DNA of 64,000 bases from Candidatus Magasanikiibacteriota bacterium. GTDB lineage: Bacteria; Patescibacteriota; Patescibacteriia; Magasanikbacterales; UBA922. Each line of letters begins with the position of its first letter. Within the stretch, counting starts at the first letter, position 1. A program made the translations under genes and the position numbers. The DNA lies in NCBI GenBank assembly GCA_003510435.1, contig DOMK01000018.1, positions 14,121 to 78,120 on the forward strand. Reading direction: 5' to 3'. The notes beneath the pieces were generated by a model, which worked only from the letters and a program-made list of their open reading frames with translations, made no database searches and was not told the origin of the DNA. Positions 56,479-64,000 of this stretch are shown here, piece after piece.

Positions 56479-56637
56479 TTATTTGTTTGAACATTATAGC
56501 ACAAACAAAAAATATTTCAAGAGCCAAGCTAAATCCATTTTCGCCATTACAGTACTTAATTATTTTATATCCTAACAATAAAAAACGACTCAATTTCAAT
56601 CACTAATTTTTAAATCTTTCAATCTTAAATTTTTAAA

Positions 56638-57282
56638 TTATTTTCTCCACTTCACTTCCTTTACTCCACTTTTCAAATTTAACCATCGACCCAAAACAAA
56701 TAACAAATCACTCAAACGATTTAGATATTTCATTATATTCTGGTCAACCCCAGAAGTAGAACTTCGTTCACTACGGGGCAAGCTCTTGTATTTCAAACTC
56801 AAATCAATTACCCGTCTTTCTGCTCGCCGACAAATCGCCCGCACATAAAAACTCTTGGCTGATTCTTCACTTCCACCTGGTAAAATAAAATTAGTCAGCT
56901 TGGGTAAATCTTTTTCCATTTTATCAATCCACTTCTCAAGTTTTTTAACTTCTGCACTTTTTAATTTTGGTATAGTTTTTATTTTAGCTTGGACAGACGC
57001 TAGGTTTGCACCGATAACAAATAGACAATGTTGAATATTAATCAATTTCTTTTTTACTTCCGTGTAATCCTTTCCTTCCGTACCCTCCCGGCCTGCAACG
57101 CTATCGCTTGCATTGCGGGCAGGCGTGTCACCGTCAATCTCTTCAATCAAAATTCCCAAAAAAGCATTGAGTTCATCCACTTCGCCGATTGCTTCCATCT
57201 CCAAACACGACTTGGAAACTCGTTTCCCGCCAAGCATACTGGTTTGTCCTGAGTCGCCGGTTTTTGTATAGATTTTTGGCAT
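56638..57282 (-). CDS. ATP:cob(I)alamin adenosyltransferase, PduO type, with an in-frame GC-rich insertion
   Basis: MPKIYTKTGDSGQTSMLGGKRVSKSCLEMEAIGEVDELNAFLG matches the PduO-type N-terminus. Extra segment EIDGDTPARNASDSVAGREGTEGK is encoded by a GC-rich imperfect palindrome (57086-57125). Confidence 0.85.
   Translation of the reverse strand: MPKIYTKTGDSGQTSMLGGKRVSKSCLEMEAIGEVDELNAFLGILIEEIDGDTPARNASDSVAGREGTEGKDYTEVKKKLINIQHCLFVIGANLASVQAKIKTIPKLKSAEVKKLEKWIDKMEKDLPKLTNFILPGGSEESAKSFYVRAICRRAERRVIDLSLKYKSLPRSERSSTSGVDQNIMKYLNRLSDLLFVLGRWLNLKSGVKEVKWRK
57086..57125. repeat. GC-rich imperfect palindrome inserted in frame in the PduO gene
   Basis: tcccggcctgcaacgctatcgcttgcattgcgggcaggcg; shares attgcgggcag with 34819-34829. 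Confidence 0.4.
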
Positions 57283-57284
57283 AA

Positions 57285-57836
57285 TTAAAATAATGAAGTA
57301 AATTCAAATTTTTTCAAATCACTCACTGTAAGAAGACGTGATCTATTTACATACTTTTGCATACCCAAACTAGGATTGTGAGAAAAACCAATATATTCTA
57401 TTTCTTTATCAAGATGACGAATTTTACTTATAGCTGGAATTAAATCTGTATCAGAAGAAATTAGAATAGCAGTATCATACAAATCATCATAAGCGCCTAC
57501 TAATAAATCTACTGCCAATTTTACATCAACACCTTTTTCATGATAAACACCACCACTTTTCATCATATAACCATTCTTTACAACAAAATTTTGATTTGAA
57601 GATTGCAAGTGCGATAATAATCTTTGTTGATTTTTTCTTAATTCTTGACCTTTTTCATTACCTTCTTCTGCCCTAATAATACCAATATAATAACGACAGG
57701 AAATGATTTCTCTTCCTCCAGCCAACCATTTTGATAAACTACGATAATCAAATTTAACTAAATTGGACAAACCCAATTCTTTTACTTTGTGATAAAAATT
57801 ACTTCCATCTATATAAATTGCAACTCTATTATTCAT
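57285..57836 (-). CDS. NYN-domain (LabA-like) protein
   Basis: VAIYIDGSNFYH and a D-rich core typical of NYN/PIN-like nucleases. Confidence 0.8.
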   Translation of the reverse strand: MNNRVAIYIDGSNFYHKVKELGLSNLVKFDYRSLSKWLAGGREIISCRYYIGIIRAEEGNEKGQELRKNQQRLLSHLQSSNQNFVVKNGYMMKSGGVYHEKGVDVKLAVDLLVGAYDDLYDTAILISSDTDLIPAISKIRHLDKEIEYIGFSHNPSLGMQKYVNRSRLLTVSDLKKFEFTSLF

Positions 57837-57842
57837 AAAATA

Positions 57843-57893
57843 AAAAACCCACCGTGTGTCTTCTCAAGGAAGACTCCAGAGCGGGTGTTTTTA
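57843..57893 (-). terminator. Rho-independent terminator of TrmB paralog 2 (bidirectional)
   Basis: Minus strand reads aaaaacacccgctctggagtcttccttgagaagacacacggtgggttttttatt: nested hairpin followed by a U-run. Confidence 0.55.
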
Positions 57894-57985
57894 GCTAAAG
57901 TAATTATACGATAGTCTGTAGTTTTTGTCAATAGCTATAGTGGACAGACTAAAACCGCTCCTGGATATATTAAACCACAAAATTT

Positions 57986-58714
57986 TTACTCTGGCAATGT
58001 ATCCCAAAGCATTTCAAAAACCGACCGAAAAACATCCACCATAGCTGGCACAGCAATCACTACGGCCAAAGATGATAACTCTGGACTAACCACCAAAATT
58101 TTATCTTTAAAAATATCAATTGAGCTTTTGAATTTATATTTTGCTGGTAGATATTTATAACTGCGCAGTAATTTTATATCAGGAGGATTTATCTTCTTTG
58201 ATTCAGCAGTAATTAAAAGCTTGGTATGAATGCCGGCTTGCGCGCGATCTTTACGATACCGCACAAACCACTCAGCATCTAACTTTTCCCAATTGGGCAC
58301 ACTACCAATAACATAATAAGATTTATTTTTAAAATCATTCAAAACGCCGGTATAAAATTTTTTTAATTCATGCACGGTCTCAATAAAACGCAAACCTCCC
58401 ATTTGTAATTTCTTTTTTTCCATGGATTCAAGCACGGGCACTAAATTATTAAAAGCGTCTAATTTTTTTTCAAAATAATCTGCCACGCGCTGTGGTTTTT
58501 CCGCATAAAAAAATTGTTTGCTTTTGCGGTAATAAGTTGTCACAAAACCTTTTTCTGCCAATGATTTTAAAAGAGCATAAACCGTAGTGCGTTTTATGCC
58601 AACACTTTTGGCAACCGCACTGGCAATTGAGCCACCAATCTTCAGCAAACCTAAGTACACTTCTGCTTCGTGTTCATTTAATCCTAATTCTTTTAAGGCT
58701 GTTTTTTCTTGCAT
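57986..58714 (-). CDS. TrmB-family HTH transcriptional regulator (paralog 2)
   Basis: LGLNEHEAEVYLGLLKIGGSIASAVAKSVGIKRTTVYALLKSLAEKGFV; paralogous to 11104-11880. Confidence 0.7.
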   Translation of the reverse strand: MQEKTALKELGLNEHEAEVYLGLLKIGGSIASAVAKSVGIKRTTVYALLKSLAEKGFVTTYYRKSKQFFYAEKPQRVADYFEKKLDAFNNLVPVLESMEKKKLQMGGLRFIETVHELKKFYTGVLNDFKNKSYYVIGSVPNWEKLDAEWFVRYRKDRAQAGIHTKLLITAESKKINPPDIKLLRSYKYLPAKYKFKSSIDIFKDKILVVSPELSSLAVVIAVPAMVDVFRSVFEMLWDTLPE

Positions 58715-58722
58715 ATTTTGTT

Positions 58723-58739
58723 GTCAAAATTATTAGACA
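58723..58739. promoter_or_regulatory. Palindrome tgtcaaaattattagaca (TGTC-N10-GACA) 9 nt upstream of the TrmB paralog 2 start
   Basis: Same architecture as tgtctaaaatatttagaca upstream of paralog 1. Confidence 0.45.
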
Positions 58740-58886
58740 CTTTTTACTGTTAATAATATTATAGCTTATTTTAGCTATTTTGTCAAATATAGCTGTTTAA
58801 AATGGTTGACGATAAAGCCAAATAACATTAAAATAACTAGTCAAACTATAGTGGTTTGATAACGATCTTTACAAGGAGAAACGAAA

Positions 58887-59237
58887 ATGATCTCAAACGC
58901 GGTTCATACAGATGACCTGAGCGGAGTCGACTGGACGCTTCTTCACCAGGTTCAATTTGGTTTTGACCCCTTTTTCCCCCATGGCGCTTCACTTTTTTTT
59001 GACTACCCAGGAGTACAATGCAACGGGCAATGGACAACCAACATAGTCATTGAAAAATATAGACTAGGTTGGACTGCTGGAATGCTCCAAGGGAAAGAAA
59101 AACCAGATTTCATTCAAGGACTAGAGAAGCTGTCTGGTAAAACTTCTTCAAGCAGAGGAGAACTTAAAAGGCTCAACATAGATCGTGCCTGGCGTGTTTG
59201 GACGTTTCATGTTTTCTACGAACCAGGAAGGGGATAG
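58887..59237 (+). CDS. Hypothetical protein (GC-rich cassette gene 1, 116 aa)
   Basis: AAGGAGA Shine-Dalgarno; about 50% GC; no known domain. Confidence 0.5.
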   Translation: MISNAVHTDDLSGVDWTLLHQVQFGFDPFFPHGASLFFDYPGVQCNGQWTTNIVIEKYRLGWTAGMLQGKEKPDFIQGLEKLSGKTSSSRGELKRLNIDRAWRVWTFHVFYEPGRG

Positions 59238-59238
59238 T

Positions 59239-59625
59239 ATGAAGAAGAACACTGTTCTCGATCCTGAACAGGTCAAAGCCGTCTTTATAGACTGTCTCTT
59301 TCAAGATGGCGAGGATACCACCGACCACATCGGAATCAAAGGCATCACCAAGGACGTCTGGTTTCACTCCAAACGTCTCCAAAGCCACAAGGCCGAGATC
59401 GAAGTGATGCTGGGAGAACTCCCTGACGAATTCAAAAAGTCCGGTGGTGGCTGGTCATTCCTCAAGGCGGACAAAGACAGACACGGCCACCAGTGGACCA
59501 TGCTCCACCAACGTGTAGAACAGCTCTTTATGCTCGGCATGGGAATTGGTAAGGTTCAGTACCAGATGCCGAAAGAAGTATGGCCAGCTCTGCCAGGTGG
59601 CATGCCATACTACATCATCAATTAG
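59239..59625 (+). CDS. Hypothetical protein (GC-rich cassette gene 2, 128 aa)
   Basis: GGAAGGGGA Shine-Dalgarno, start 2 nt after the upstream stop; about 52% GC. Confidence 0.5.
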   Translation: MKKNTVLDPEQVKAVFIDCLFQDGEDTTDHIGIKGITKDVWFHSKRLQSHKAEIEVMLGELPDEFKKSGGGWSFLKADKDRHGHQWTMLHQRVEQLFMLGMGIGKVQYQMPKEVWPALPGGMPYYIIN

Positions 59626-59723
59626 TTTGTCTTTCCATCCTAAACGCTCTTTCATCGTGTGCCGGACACTTCAAACCGGCACTCCCTCAAAGTATTTTAC
59701 TTTATTGAATATTTTGAGAAAAA

Positions 59724-59756
59724 CAAAATCCGCTGATCAGGCAGATTTTATTTTTT
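59724..59756 (+). terminator. Terminator of the GC-rich cassette
   Basis: aaaatccgctgatcaggcagattttattttttg; imperfect palindrome around tgatca plus T-run. An additional 7-bp hairpin gtgccgg/ccggcac lies at 59659-59682. Confidence 0.5.
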
Positions 59757-59760
59757 GTTA

Positions 59761-59790
59761 TGTGTTACGTGATATGTGTCTCGTGTTTTA
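59761..59790 (+). repeat. Interspersed repeat copy (tgttacgtgatatgtgtctcgtgtt)
   Basis: Exact 25-nt reverse-complement match to 22785-22809. Confidence 0.6.
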
Positions 59791-62700
59791 TGAACACCCA
59801 AGCGACTCCCCACAATTCAAACACTTATAACACGCCCCATTCCTCACAGTCACATGCCCACAAGTAGGACAAGCCGGCGCATCCCCCATCATATTTTTCA
59901 AAGCTTCATCAGAGGCATTGAGTGGTTTATTTCCCAAACTTGGTAAAACTTCTTGTTTTTCTGCGAGCATAACTTCTTCACCATCTTCCATTTCTATTTT
60001 GGTCTCAACCTCTACTTTGGTTTCTAGTGTCATGGTTTCTTGGGCTGGACTATGTTCGGCTAGTTTGGCCAAATTTTCAAATTTATTTTTTTGAATTCCT
60101 TTTGGTGGCACTTGGACAAAATCTGTTCTACCCAGATATTCCATACCCAACACACGGAAAACAAAATCAATAATAGAATTGCAAGACTTGATATTGGGAT
60201 GATCAGTAAATCCGGCCGGAGCAAAATTGGTAAACAAGAAATTTTCTACATATTTTTCTAATGGCACACCGTATTGCAAACCCATAGAGACTGATATCGC
60301 AAACATGTTGAGAAGGGATCTAACTGTTGCACCCTCCTTATACATATCAATAAAAATCTCAGCTACTTTTCCATCTGGATATTCTCCAGTACGGAGCCAA
60401 ATTTGTTGATTACCAACTTTGGCCGCTACTGTAATACCACTCCGTTTGGCTGGAAGTCTTCTTTTTTCACCATGCAGATAAACCCGGCGTTCAGCCACCT
60501 GACCATCACGAGTATATGATTCCATTGGCGTATGAATACCAACATGATTAGAAAGAATTTCACTCGCTTGTCTTACCGCATCTTCTACATTATCAGTGTT
60601 AATCATTTTTGAGACTTGCAATACTTCTTCTTCTGTAATGACTGGCTTTCTCTCTTCAGCCATTACTTTCACCTCAATCTCCGTGTCCTCCTTACTTTCC
60701 GTGTCCTCCGTGTTTTTCTTATCACCTTTATTTTTGGAACTGGTTGAAAGTGGTTGACTTAGTTTGGATCCATCACGATATAGAGCCACCGCTTTTAGAC
60801 CAAGACGCCAGGATTCTTCATAAGCAAATTTTACATCTTCCAATGTGGCATCATTGGGCATGTTGATAGTTTTGGAAATTGCCCCTGATAAAAATGGCTG
60901 TACCGCCGACATCATTCTTACATGACCCATATAATGGATATATCGTTTACCTTTCTTGCCATTTTTATTGGCCGTATCAAACACGGGATAATCTTCTATT
61001 TTCAAATGTGGCGCGCCTTCAATTGTCATGGTACCGCACACATATTGGTTAGCCTCTTCAATTTCACTTTCAGAAAAACCAAGGGCAATAAGCATACTAA
61101 AATTTGGATCATTGTATTGACTTGGGGCAAATCCAACTCGCTTCATACAATCTTCACCGAGTGTCCAAACATTAAAAGCAAATTTAATTTCAAATGCACC
61201 TTTGAGAGCTTTGTTAACCGCTTCAATATCTTCATCATTAAAACCTTTGGCCTTTAAACTAGCTTCGTTAACATGGGGAGCATTTTTAATATCAGCTGTT
61301 CCACGCATGTAGTTAATAACATCAATTACTTCTTGTTCATTATATTTTAGATTTTTTAAAGCCAAAGGTACGGCTTCATTGGCAATGCGGAAATATCCCC
61401 CACCAGCCAATTTTTTAAATTTCACCAAAGCAAAATCTGGTTCTACACCAGTTGTGGCACAGTCCATAAGCAAACCAATTGTACCAGTTGGTGCCAGCAA
61501 TGTAGTTTGGGCATTTCTATAACCATATTTTTCTCCCATAGCCAAAGCCTCATTCCAACTTTCCCTGGCTGCAGCGACTAAATAGGCGGGAGCAAATTCT
61601 GGATTAATGCCTTTTGGTTTAATTACCATTTTTTCATATTCACTTTCTTCAGCATTGAAAGCTGCTCGGCGATGATTACGAATTACGCGCAACATTTCAG
61701 ACCGATTAAATTCAAATTTTGGAAATGTTCCCAAGAGTCTAGCCAATTCTGCGCTAGTCTTATAACTCTCGGCTGTCATAAGAGCAGTCACTGAAGCCGT
61801 AAAAGCATAAGCATCTTCTGATTCATAAGGAATGCCACTCATCATTAATACTGAACCAACATTGGCATAACCCAAACCAAGAGTACGAAAATCATAACTA
61901 CCTTGGGCAATTTCTTTGCTTGGGAATTGAGCCATGAGAATACTAATTTCCAAAACTGTTGTCACTACTCTGGTCGCATGTCTAAAATCTTCTACTAAAA
62001 ATTCTTTGGTATCAGTATTAAAAAATTTTACAAGGTTGAATGATGCCAAATTGCAAGCTGTGTTATCAATAAACATGTATTCACTGCAAGGATTGGAAGC
62101 ATTAATACGACCAGACTCTGGACAAGTATGCCAGTCATTGATTGTCCCATCATACTGTACACCTGGATCAGCACACGCCCAAGCCGCAAAAGCAATTTGA
62201 TCCCACAGAGCTTGCGCTTTCAAAATCTTGCAAGTACTACCATCTACGCGCCAAGTCAAATTCCATGAACCATCATTTTTTACGGCTTCCATAAACTTAT
62301 GAGCCACGCGCACGGAATTATTAGAATTTTGTCCAGACACAGTACCATAGGCTTCACCTTCATAATCAGCGGAATAGCCAGCCGCAATCAAAGCGGCGAC
62401 TTTCTTTTCTTCATTCACTTTCCAATTTATAAATTGTTCAATATCTGGGTGATCAATATCCAATGTCACCATCTTGGCTGCGCGCCGAGTCGTACCACCG
62501 GACTTTATTGCCCCAGCGGCTCGGTCGCCAATTCTAAGCCAGCTCATGAGACCAGAAGATTTGCCACCACCAGACAATGGTTCACCGTTTCCCCGCAGTC
62601 CAGAAAAATTAGTCCCTGTCCCAGAACCATATTTAAATAATCTGGCTTCCCGTACCCAGAGATCCATAATACCACCTTCATTTACCAAGTCATCGGAAAC

Positions 62701-63348
62701 TGATTGGATAAAACAAGCATGTGGCTGAGGATGAGTATAAGCATCTTTTGATCTAGTCATCACCCCAGTATCTGGATCAACGTAATAATGACCTTGGGAA
62801 CTACTATTAATACCATAAGCCCAATTCAAACCTGTGTTGAACCATTGGGGTGAGTTTGGTGCCATCATTTGTTTTAGAAGCATGACCACGAGCTCATCAT
62901 AAAAAATCTCTGCATCTTCCTGGCTAGCAAAATAGCCATACTTTTCTCCCCAATAACGCCAAGTACCAGCCAGGCGATGCATGGTTTGTTTGACGCTGGT
63001 TTCGGGCCCAAGCACGGGCGACCCATCAGCGTTCAACTTTGACATACCATTGTTATCATATTGAGGTACGCCAGTTTTACGAAAATATTTTTGCGCAATA
63101 ATATCAGTCGCCACTTGTGACCAACCAGCCGGAATTTCAATATCCTTCATTTCAAACACGACTGTACCATCTGGTTCGCGAATTACTGATTGGCGTTTTT
63201 CATAAACTACACTATCAAACGGACTCTCATTGTCTTTACTAAAAACCCGCTTAAAACGCAAACCAAATTCAGGATTATATTTGAATGCCACATCAAGTTC
63301 TTGCCCAAAGTGGATACCTTGGATCAATTTGGAATCAGTTGGTCCCAT
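59788..63348 (-). CDS. nrdJ: Class II (adenosylcobalamin-dependent) ribonucleotide reductase
   Basis: 1186 aa; conserved RNR barrel blocks (NPCSE, ISKTINMP); C-terminal Zn-ribbon tail CPTCG...CYKCLNCG typical of NrdJ. Confidence 0.9.
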   Translation of the reverse strand: MGPTDSKLIQGIHFGQELDVAFKYNPEFGLRFKRVFSKDNESPFDSVVYEKRQSVIREPDGTVVFEMKDIEIPAGWSQVATDIIAQKYFRKTGVPQYDNNGMSKLNADGSPVLGPETSVKQTMHRLAGTWRYWGEKYGYFASQEDAEIFYDELVVMLLKQMMAPNSPQWFNTGLNWAYGINSSSQGHYYVDPDTGVMTRSKDAYTHPQPHACFIQSVSDDLVNEGGIMDLWVREARLFKYGSGTGTNFSGLRGNGEPLSGGGKSSGLMSWLRIGDRAAGAIKSGGTTRRAAKMVTLDIDHPDIEQFINWKVNEEKKVAALIAAGYSADYEGEAYGTVSGQNSNNSVRVAHKFMEAVKNDGSWNLTWRVDGSTCKILKAQALWDQIAFAAWACADPGVQYDGTINDWHTCPESGRINASNPCSEYMFIDNTACNLASFNLVKFFNTDTKEFLVEDFRHATRVVTTVLEISILMAQFPSKEIAQGSYDFRTLGLGYANVGSVLMMSGIPYESEDAYAFTASVTALMTAESYKTSAELARLLGTFPKFEFNRSEMLRVIRNHRRAAFNAEESEYEKMVIKPKGINPEFAPAYLVAAARESWNEALAMGEKYGYRNAQTTLLAPTGTIGLLMDCATTGVEPDFALVKFKKLAGGGYFRIANEAVPLALKNLKYNEQEVIDVINYMRGTADIKNAPHVNEASLKAKGFNDEDIEAVNKALKGAFEIKFAFNVWTLGEDCMKRVGFAPSQYNDPNFSMLIALGFSESEIEEANQYVCGTMTIEGAPHLKIEDYPVFDTANKNGKKGKRYIHYMGHVRMMSAVQPFLSGAISKTINMPNDATLEDVKFAYEESWRLGLKAVALYRDGSKLSQPLSTSSKNKGDKKNTEDTESKEDTEIEVKVMAEERKPVITEEEVLQVSKMINTDNVEDAVRQASEILSNHVGIHTPMESYTRDGQVAERRVYLHGEKRRLPAKRSGITVAAKVGNQQIWLRTGEYPDGKVAEIFIDMYKEGATVRSLLNMFAISVSMGLQYGVPLEKYVENFLFTNFAPAGFTDHPNIKSCNSIIDFVFRVLGMEYLGRTDFVQVPPKGIQKNKFENLAKLAEHSPAQETMTLETKVEVETKIEMEDGEEVMLAEKQEVLPSLGNKPLNASDEALKNMMGDAPACPTCGHVTVRNGACYKCLNCGESLGCS

Positions 63349-63549
63349 AAATAAAGAGATTAGAAGTTAGTGGCTAGTAAGATAAATTACCAGTTATTAA
63401 TTTCCAATTTTTACAGATTAGCGAGCTACCATTTTATCACTATTTTCTCAAACCTGCAAAGGAATTTTATCCCCTTATAATCAACAGGTGATGGGGATAA
63501 AAAAACGCCCTAATTTACTTCAATGGCGCTTGTACCCCTAGCAATCAAA

Positions 63550-63598
63550 CTACTATATATAGTGTTTCAAATTAGTTTCAAACCACAATAGGTTGTGT
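63550..63598. promoter_or_regulatory. Two candidate NrdR boxes upstream of nrdJ
   Basis: ctactatatatagtgt (63550-63565, 14/16 to acaCwAtATaTwGtgt) and ccacaataggttgtgt (63583-63598, about 12/16); centres about 33 bp apart. Confidence 0.35.
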
Positions 63599-63875
63599 TT
63601 ATGACAAGCATTAACAATTATACCACATTAAAAATACCTCGCCAAATATGACTACAAAATTTAAATTTTGGCTAGACTTAGTTAAGAATTGAAATTGTAC
63701 TGGAGTAGTATGAGTTAGTTATCCACATGTCTCACATAATCACTAAAACACCTAAACACTTAAACACAAAAATATAACAAAAAAAACACCAATTTTAATC
63801 CACCCAAACCTATTGACAAAAGTGTCAAAATATGATAAAGTGCCTTAACTTTAATATTAAACTAATCAATAAGCT

Positions 63876-64000
63876 ATGAAAAACACTAATTTAAAAATCG
63901 TAATCTTATCTGGTCTCTCTGTTTTAATTATTGGCGCTACAGCTGTTAGTGCTGGTGGCTCAATAAAATGGACCAAAAATATTGTCTCCGTGACCAAGTG
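63876..64000 (+). CDS. Start of a secreted/membrane protein (3' partial)
   Basis: MKNTNLKIVILSGLSVLIIGATAVSA signal-like N-terminus; ORF runs off the window. Confidence 0.4.
   Translation, partial: MKNTNLKIVILSGLSVLIIGATAVSAGGSIKWTKNIVSVTK

Noticed and set aside
56278-56575. ORFs 56278-56472 (-) and 56384-56575 (+)
   Set aside because: They overlap a confidently folded tRNA-Leu(UAA); spurious.
59788-63348. Intein in the 1186-aa NrdJ
   Set aside because: No intein block A/G motifs (Cys/Ser start ... HN plus nucleophile) found; extra length fits lineage-specific insertions common in class II RNRs.
63813-63841. TTGACA-containing candidate promoter for the partial ORF at 63876
   Set aside because: The -10 element at correct spacing is weak (TAAAGT); not reported as a feature.
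1-64000. Alternative genetic code (UGA recoding as in Gracilibacteria/SR1)
   Set aside because: Long housekeeping ORFs (rpoB, rpoC, uvrA, nrdJ) are intact under the standard code and end at plausible positions.

Overview
This window reads as an AT-rich (about 35% GC overall), compact bacterial genome segment with a Patescibacteria/CPR-like gene repertoire under the standard genetic code. Long housekeeping ORFs are intact.

Core genes recognised from conserved motifs:
- rpoB-rpoC (-), each with a perfect-consensus sigma70 promoter and a long structured leader in the case of rpoB
- rpsF-ssb-rpsR (-), rpsB-tsf (-), uvrA, a Nudix hydrolase, an RluB-like pseudouridine synthase, and tRNA-Leu(UAA)
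- a split type IV pilus locus: pilB-pilC plus two unknown ORFs, then pilM-pilN-pilO plus a small membrane protein
- a complete histidine operon hisG-D-C-B(bifunctional)-H-[hisA::hisF fusion]-IE
- a polysaccharide module (Wzx flippase, EamA transporter, Wzy/O-antigen ligase)
- a corrinoid module (PduO-type adenosyltransferase plus class II NrdJ ribonucleotide reductase)

Accessory or unusual content:
- a RhuM/Fic-Doc protein next to rpoC
- a HigB/HigA-like toxin-antitoxin pair with a 16-bp perfect palindromic operator
- two paralogous TrmB-family regulators, each divergently paired with a ~50% GC two-gene cassette behind a shared TGTC-N10/11-GACA palindrome
- three further GC-rich single-gene islands
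- tandem PEP-utilizing-enzyme 'mobile domain' proteins, one fused to an XRE HTH
- a nucleotidyltransferase::MetE-like fusion gene preceded by a six-Met-codon leader ORF with mutually exclusive antiterminator/terminator pairing. This is a candidate methionine-sensing attenuator and the finding ranked highest here.
- at least four families of short palindromic or interspersed repeats, several inserted in frame inside CDSs (Wzy ligase, PduO, and the HisIE C-terminus)
- 7-nt and 8-nt tandem repeat tracts inside the Wzy ligase gene that could mediate phase variation

No CRISPR array, transposase or integrase was seen.
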